Source: Synechocystis sp. PCC 6803 substr. PCC-P
GTDB lineage: Bacteria; Cyanobacteriota; Cyanobacteriia; Cyanobacteriales; Microcystaceae
Length of the DNA: 32,000 nt
Direction: 5' to 3'
Assembly: GCF_000284455.1 (NCBI RefSeq)
Contig: NC_017039.1
Span: forward strand, 3,060,001-3,092,000
Shown here: piece after piece, positions 27,484-32,000 of the stretch
Position numbering within the stretch: position 1 is the first letter of the stretch
How the letters are laid out: every line of letters begins with the position of its first letter
Made by a program: the position numbers and the translations under genes
The notes under the pieces: generated by a model
What the model was told of the DNA's origin: nothing
Database searches by the model: none
The model's input: only the letters and a program-made list of their open reading frames with translations

Positions 27484-28842
27484 ATGACGGTACTGACTAA
27501 TTCTTCTTCTGTCCCCCAACTTAATCGCTGTTTAGGATTAATTCAGGTCACCACCCAGGCGATCGCCGTTGTAGGGCCAACCATAACCGCTGTGATCAAC
27601 ATTCCCCAGGTCTATCTCAGTTCCGGGAACAGTAGTTGGCTCACTTACCTGATTGCTTGTCTTTGTATTTTGTTAGTGTCCCAAGTGCTGATTACCTTTG
27701 CCAGGCAGGAAGCGGGGACAGCGGGCTTAGCCACCTATGTTTTGCAAGGTTTGGGGGTAACTTTTGCACGGTTAACGGGCTGGTTACTCTTACTGGCCTA
27801 TGGCGGCTTTGGCATACTACTGCTGGCCATGGCCAGTCAAAGTTTTGCAATTCTAATGGGGATGGCCGGACCCAAACTGCCTCTGTGGTTTTTTGTTGTG
27901 GTTTTGGGAGGATTAATTTGGTGGCTAGTGTCACGGGATGTGCGAGTATCCAATGGAATGATGTTGGTGTTAGAAAGTGTTTCAATTATTATAATTTTCT
28001 GGTTATGTAGTGTTATTTTATTCCACCATAGTATTAAATTTGATTTGTCAGAATTTCAACTCACCAGCGCCACAGGCAACCAAGTACGTTCGGGCTTAAT
28101 GATTGCTTTTTTGAGTTTTGTGGGATTTGAAAGTGCAGCTACCCTAGGACGTGAATCTCTCCATCCCCTCAAAGATATTCCCAAAGCTCTACGCATTGCT
28201 ACTTTGCTGCCAGGGGCACTATTTTTGGTTTGGGCTTATGTTTTAGGACTGGGTTTTAAAGCGGCTCCCAGCAATATTCTCAACTCAGCCAGTCCGCTTG
28301 TTAGTCTCGGCGATTTTTTACAAATTCCGACGGCGGCGATGGTAATTAGTTTTAGCGCCTCTGTTTGTTTTTTGAGTGCAAGTTTAGGGGTATTTAGTGC
28401 TCTGGCTAGGGTTGGTTTAAGTTTAGGAAAAGAAAAAATTCTTCCTCCATTCAGCACTAAAATTCATCCTGCTTTCCACACTCCGGTGGGCTCCTTAACT
28501 TTAGGGTTAGGGATTTGTATTTTGGGTACTTTGGTTCTGCTAGCAATGGGGTTAAAACCCGATGATATTAACGATGTTTGTGGTACTTTTGGGACTTTAG
28601 CATTGCTATTGGTCTATGGTCTTGTTTCCATTTCCCTACTGCGGGATCACTATCGCCGTGGTATCCTTTCCCGTTCTATTTTAATCCTTGGTAGTGTGAC
28701 AATTCTACTATTAGCAACTGCTACTATTGCTTTTTTAAGTGGGTTAAATCAAGGGGATTTGCTCAATACAGTGTTGATTTTCTTCGTTCTAATAGTTCTA
28801 GGCATTGGAATAATTGCTCGCCAAGGGGCTGACCGCTCCTGA
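27484..28842 (+). CDS. APC-superfamily amino acid permease
   Basis: 452 aa with about 12 hydrophobic segments and family features (AGLATYVLQGLG, FLSFVGFESAATLGRES..PLKDIPKAL). Confidence 0.85.
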   Translation: MTVLTNSSSVPQLNRCLGLIQVTTQAIAVVGPTITAVINIPQVYLSSGNSSWLTYLIACLCILLVSQVLITFARQEAGTAGLATYVLQGLGVTFARLTGWLLLLAYGGFGILLLAMASQSFAILMGMAGPKLPLWFFVVVLGGLIWWLVSRDVRVSNGMMLVLESVSIIIIFWLCSVILFHHSIKFDLSEFQLTSATGNQVRSGLMIAFLSFVGFESAATLGRESLHPLKDIPKALRIATLLPGALFLVWAYVLGLGFKAAPSNILNSASPLVSLGDFLQIPTAAMVISFSASVCFLSASLGVFSALARVGLSLGKEKILPPFSTKIHPAFHTPVGSLTLGLGICILGTLVLLAMGLKPDDINDVCGTFGTLALLLVYGLVSISLLRDHYRRGILSRSILILGSVTILLLATATIAFLSGLNQGDLLNTVLIFFVLIVLGIGIIARQGADRS

Positions 28843-29015
28843 CAGTCGAGAACTAAGACAAAAATTACTGGGGGTTAGGTAGGCGATCGCCAAATTACGA
28901 ATATTGCTCCGAAACTGACCACATTACCCACTGCGAAGAGTTCTAGCTATCCTTTACTGATAAGAAACTGGGAGAAAATCGTCCTTTTTTTGTAACAAAC
29001 TATATCAACCTACAA

Positions 29016-29035
29016 CCTTATACCTAAGTATAGGG
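29016..29035. promoter_or_regulatory. Imperfect dyad, candidate MerR-type operator
   Basis: CCTTATACCTAAGTATAGGG: 16 of 20 positions are symmetric. About 36 bp upstream of the MerR-family gene. Confidence 0.55.
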
Positions 29036-29071
29036 AATATATTGTAGTAGAGACAGAGAAGAAATGGGAGG

Positions 29072-29485
29072 GTGAGCATTATGTTAACCGTCAGCGAGGT
29101 CGCTCGCAAACTGGGATTAAATCCGCAGACTCTCTATTTCTACGAACGCATAGGGGTAGTCGATCATCCCCAGCGCAACCAATCTGGTTATCGGGTTTAT
29201 CAAGAGAAAGATTTGGCGATCCTGAGTTTCATTCGTCATGCCAAGGATTTGGGGTTTAGTCTGGAGGAGATTGCCGACATTCTCCACTTACAAAGTCAAC
29301 AATCCCTGACTTGCGACGAAATTTATCATAAGCTCACGAGCAAAATCCTTCAGCTCGAAAGTGGAATCAAAGAAATGGAAAAAATGAAGGATGATCTATC
29401 CAAAATTCTCAGTCTTTGCTGTCAAAGAATTAGTAATGGGGGTAAACACGGTAATTGCTGTTTGTTAAATGAGCAGTTGACTTAG
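29072..29485 (+). CDS. MerR-family transcriptional regulator with Cys-rich C-terminus
   Basis: TVSEVARKLGLNPQTLYFYERIGVVDHPQRNQSGYRVYQEKDLAILSFIRHAKDLGFSLEEIADIL; C-terminal LSLCCQRISNGGKHGNCCLLNE. Start may be GTG 29072 or ATG 29081. Confidence 0.92.
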   Translation: MSIMLTVSEVARKLGLNPQTLYFYERIGVVDHPQRNQSGYRVYQEKDLAILSFIRHAKDLGFSLEEIADILHLQSQQSLTCDEIYHKLTSKILQLESGIKEMEKMKDDLSKILSLCCQRISNGGKHGNCCLLNEQLT

Positions 29486-29591
29486 GTATTCTGAGTGATT
29501 GAACTTTTATCTACTTTGCTGGCTACTTTGTCAAAAATGCCACAAAAAACACTATTTTCTGGGGATTAAAACCAGAAAGGGAGGGTTTGTC

Positions 29592-30845
29592 ATGTCTTCT
29601 AATTCGTCAAGTAAGTTAGGGGATCAACAAAATGTAGGCATCCTCTACAATCTCTACAGTCAAGGGCAAGGAAAATCGGATAAACAAGGAAGTAAACCTA
29701 CCCTAAGTAAATCAACTCTTCTATCTAGCCTTGAACTAACAACTCCAACCTTAACTCTGGGCCAACGAGGTGGGAGTGTATCTGCTAACGCTGCCTCTAA
29801 TTTGGCGGCGATCACTCAAATTTCGTCCCAAGGTAAACGGGGCGGTGGTTTGCCAACCGATAAGGGTGGTGGTGGGCCGCCAGATGGCAAAGGCCACGGC
29901 GAAGAATCAGTCGAAAATAACCTGTCCTTCCCTGTCATTTTTCCCTCCGGAGTTACGCCTTTAGCTCTACGGGGAGCCATGAATAGCCTAACCCTAACGG
30001 ATCCTTATTTTGTACCCGGCACCCGTGATGATTATTACTGGTTTGCCCAAAAAAATGAAGGCAACACTTGGCAAGCTTATAACGAACAAGCAACAGGGGC
30101 GATCGCCATCGACAAAGTTGACGTGGGGGATGCCCTAGAGTCTGCCAGGATTGAGCTAGGTCAGTTTGTCCGAATCGAGTTGGCTTTATTTAAAGATATT
30201 GGGGATCCTCTTATCTCCGATGATGGGCAACTCGCCTACCATATGGAACAAATTGATGGTCAAGGCAAGACCGAAGTTCAGGGCACTCGCTATACAGCAG
30301 CATCGTTGCAACAGACTTTTGCTAGTGCCGATGATGCCTTTACCCAACTGGGGGATAGTGGTCTTCCCATCTATCGCAGTGACTTAGCCACCGTCTATGC
30401 ACCGTCCCAGGTGATGAACCTAACCATTCAAAAATTCGAACATGATCCGGTTACAGGACTGGACTGGAACGGGGACCAATGGGTTGGCCTTGGCATTGGG
30501 ACCAAAGACTACGCTGCTAGCACAGCATTTGGTTCAGAATTAGCCGTATCAGGTAAGGTTATTTCCGGCGTCTCGGGTAAACCGTTCAAATTCACTGATG
30601 CAGGAAACTATCGCATTACCTTTGAAATTGAAGAGGGGGCTTCGATTTTCTTGGATGCGGGGACTGAACGTTACAATGTCGCAGGCGCCAGGGGGATGGT
30701 GATTGTTCCTGATAGCTCCAACCATAATGGTTTGATCTATCTCGATATTGCTGTGCCCTCTTCTGTATCGGGTACTGAGGAAGTTGTCTTGGGAACCCAG
30801 GACGTCTTTAAAACCCAATTTGTTGAATTGGCACCCGTCAGTTAG
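29592..30845 (+). CDS. Hypothetical protein of unknown function (418 aa) with Gly/Lys/Pro-rich linker
   Basis: RBS-like AAAGGGAGG precedes ATG 29592 (MSSNSSSKLGDQ...). The listed start at 29499 lacks that support. No recognised domain. Confidence 0.75.
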   Translation: MSSNSSSKLGDQQNVGILYNLYSQGQGKSDKQGSKPTLSKSTLLSSLELTTPTLTLGQRGGSVSANAASNLAAITQISSQGKRGGGLPTDKGGGGPPDGKGHGEESVENNLSFPVIFPSGVTPLALRGAMNSLTLTDPYFVPGTRDDYYWFAQKNEGNTWQAYNEQATGAIAIDKVDVGDALESARIELGQFVRIELALFKDIGDPLISDDGQLAYHMEQIDGQGKTEVQGTRYTAASLQQTFASADDAFTQLGDSGLPIYRSDLATVYAPSQVMNLTIQKFEHDPVTGLDWNGDQWVGLGIGTKDYAASTAFGSELAVSGKVISGVSGKPFKFTDAGNYRITFEIEEGASIFLDAGTERYNVAGARGMVIVPDSSNHNGLIYLDIAVPSSVSGTEEVVLGTQDVFKTQFVELAPVS

Positions 30846-31152
30846 CTTTAAATCCCTCCCAGGGAGCAAGTAAGTTTTCTTTCCCTTCCTCAGCTAAGGG
30901 TAGAGCTATCCGTTGGAAGATTAACAAAAATCTGCTTGCGGATAGCTTTTGATCGGCGCAAATTTACGAAAGGGTTCCAGCAGGGGTTTTGTCCAGCGCC
31001 CCCCGAAGGACAGTTAGATTTAGGGGATGAATTGCCGGTGCTTTTCCTACTCTCTGAACGTACAATTTAACTTGATTTGGGCTAGTAGTCCTTGGAATTG
31101 ACAGAGAGAAAATAAGTAGGAGTTGGGTTGGCGATTAAAGCTCTAACTTAAA

Positions 31153-31198
31153 AGCTGTAGTAGAACTAGTAAGTATATTTAAAGAAAAAGCTACAGCT
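31153..31198 (-). terminator. Possible hairpin/terminator downstream of the 31236-31673 gene
   Basis: Inverted repeat AGCTGTAG (31153-31160) / CTACAGCT (31191-31198) with a 30-nt loop. Minus strand continues with TTTTAAG. Confidence 0.3.
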
Positions 31199-31235
31199 CT
31201 AAGTAAAAATCGTTGCTTATATTTTTCAGGTAAGA

Positions 31236-31673
31236 TCAGTTTTTAGAGCCAGACATAGAATGAACTAGAGTTGATTTAACAGTCTTTAACCAACGCCAAG
31301 AAACGGCATTAATTAGTAATCCCAGCAGAAATAGAAATATCATTAAAAATATTTGGTACCAAACAATCGTTTCTAAGCTAAGATCAGCAATCAAATGCCC
31401 TAAGTTAAGCACTGAATATACTACAGTTAAGCCAAAATGAACCTGACGTACTTTGCGGGACTGACTAAAAGAAATAACGATAATAGCAAATAGTGGCAGT
31501 ATAAAAAAGATTAACATCAGCCAAAAAATTGGAGAAACATCGGCCATAGTTTGCCCATGGAACTCCGCCACACTCAAATCATGAAAAAGGGGCATTAATC
31601 CCAAATCAGTATGAAACAGCATTGCCAACAAAAACACTGTCCAGAGGTTAACAATACGATGACTGTAATCCAT
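31236..31673 (-). CDS. Hypothetical membrane protein, four predicted TM segments
   Basis: Hydrophobic segments LWTVFLLAMLFH, IFWLMLIFFILPLFAIIVI, VHFGLTVVYSVLNLGHLIA, IFLMIFLFLLGLLINAV. GAGGAAA RBS precedes the ATG. Confidence 0.75.
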   Translation of the reverse strand: MDYSHRIVNLWTVFLLAMLFHTDLGLMPLFHDLSVAEFHGQTMADVSPIFWLMLIFFILPLFAIIVISFSQSRKVRQVHFGLTVVYSVLNLGHLIADLSLETIVWYQIFLMIFLFLLGLLINAVSWRWLKTVKSTLVHSMSGSKN

Positions 31674-31693
31674 AGTATTTCCTCTAAAAAAAT

Positions 31694-32000
31694 GAGAGTG
31701 GTCTAAATTTTGTCTAAGAAAGTGTTTGAAAAGTTTTAAGCAAGCCTTTGAAGCATGAGATGAACCATGGCAACATAGAGCATGGTCTCACTGGTGGTAG
31801 GTAAATATTCATAATCCTTGCTTAAACGACGATAGCGACCAAACCAAGCAAAGGTGCGCTCGACTACCCAACGGCGGGGTAAGACTTCAAAACCTTTTTG
31901 TCCCTGCTTTTTGCTGACGACATTCAAATTCCAACCAAAAGTATGCTCCACCCAATAGATAAAATCCTTTCCGCCAAAGGTGCTATCAGTCCATATAACT
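31694..32000 (-). mobile_element. Second IS element (partial), running off the right edge
   Basis: Transposase C-terminus (31736-32000) and an AT-rich end near GAGAGTGGTCTAAATTTTGTCTAAG. Only one end is present, so the boundary is approximate. Confidence 0.6.
31736..32000 (-). CDS. IS5-type transposase C-terminal part; 5' end lies outside the window
   Basis: The minus frame is open to the window edge: IWTDSTFGGKDFIYWVEHTFGWNLNVVSKKQGQKGFEVLPRRWVVERTFAWFGRYRRLSKDYEYLP... Confidence 0.88.
   Translation of the reverse strand, partial: VIWTDSTFGGKDFIYWVEHTFGWNLNVVSKKQGQKGFEVLPRRWVVERTFAWFGRYRRLSKDYEYLPTTSETMLYVAMVHLMLQRLA

Noticed and set aside
1-32000. CRISPR arrays, tRNA or rRNA genes
   Set aside because: No regularly spaced direct repeats and no recognisable tRNA/rRNA sequence found by reading; not checked with tRNAscan or CRISPR software.

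Overview
This 32 kb window closely resembles Synechocystis sp. PCC 6803 chromosome, judging by protein family content, gene order and many GCGATCGC (HIP1) sites. No database search was possible. From left to right it contains:
- the C-terminal part of a heavy-metal P-type ATPase (ZiaA-like, truncated by the window edge)
- a copper-response operon, copM-copR-copS, with an IS5-family insertion sequence immediately upstream of its putative CopR operator
- a Nit1C-type cluster: MSMEG_0570-like protein, AIR-synthase-like protein, GNAT, radical SAM protein, nitrilase, MSMEG_0572-like protein, and a divergent flavoprotein monooxygenase. Both divergent transcripts carry NtcA-activated promoter geometry, (GTG/GTA)N8TAC-N22-TAN3T
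- a GAF-LuxR regulator and an NTF2-like protein
- a multi-PAS GGDEF protein
- a minus-strand block of Ser/Thr kinase (SpkD-like), M15 carboxypeptidase and FHA-ABC transporter
- a fused 5-oxoprolinase/HyuAB and a CYTH protein
- an APC permease, a Cys-rich MerR regulator and an orphan 418-aa protein
- a second IS transposase running off the right edge.
The strongest system-level signal is the Nit1C cluster, with twin NtcA-type promoters and a radical SAM protein whose apparent cluster motif is CX9CX2C. Nit1C clusters have been recognised before, so the most useful new leads are the cis-regulatory architecture, the IS/CopR junction and the orphan genes.
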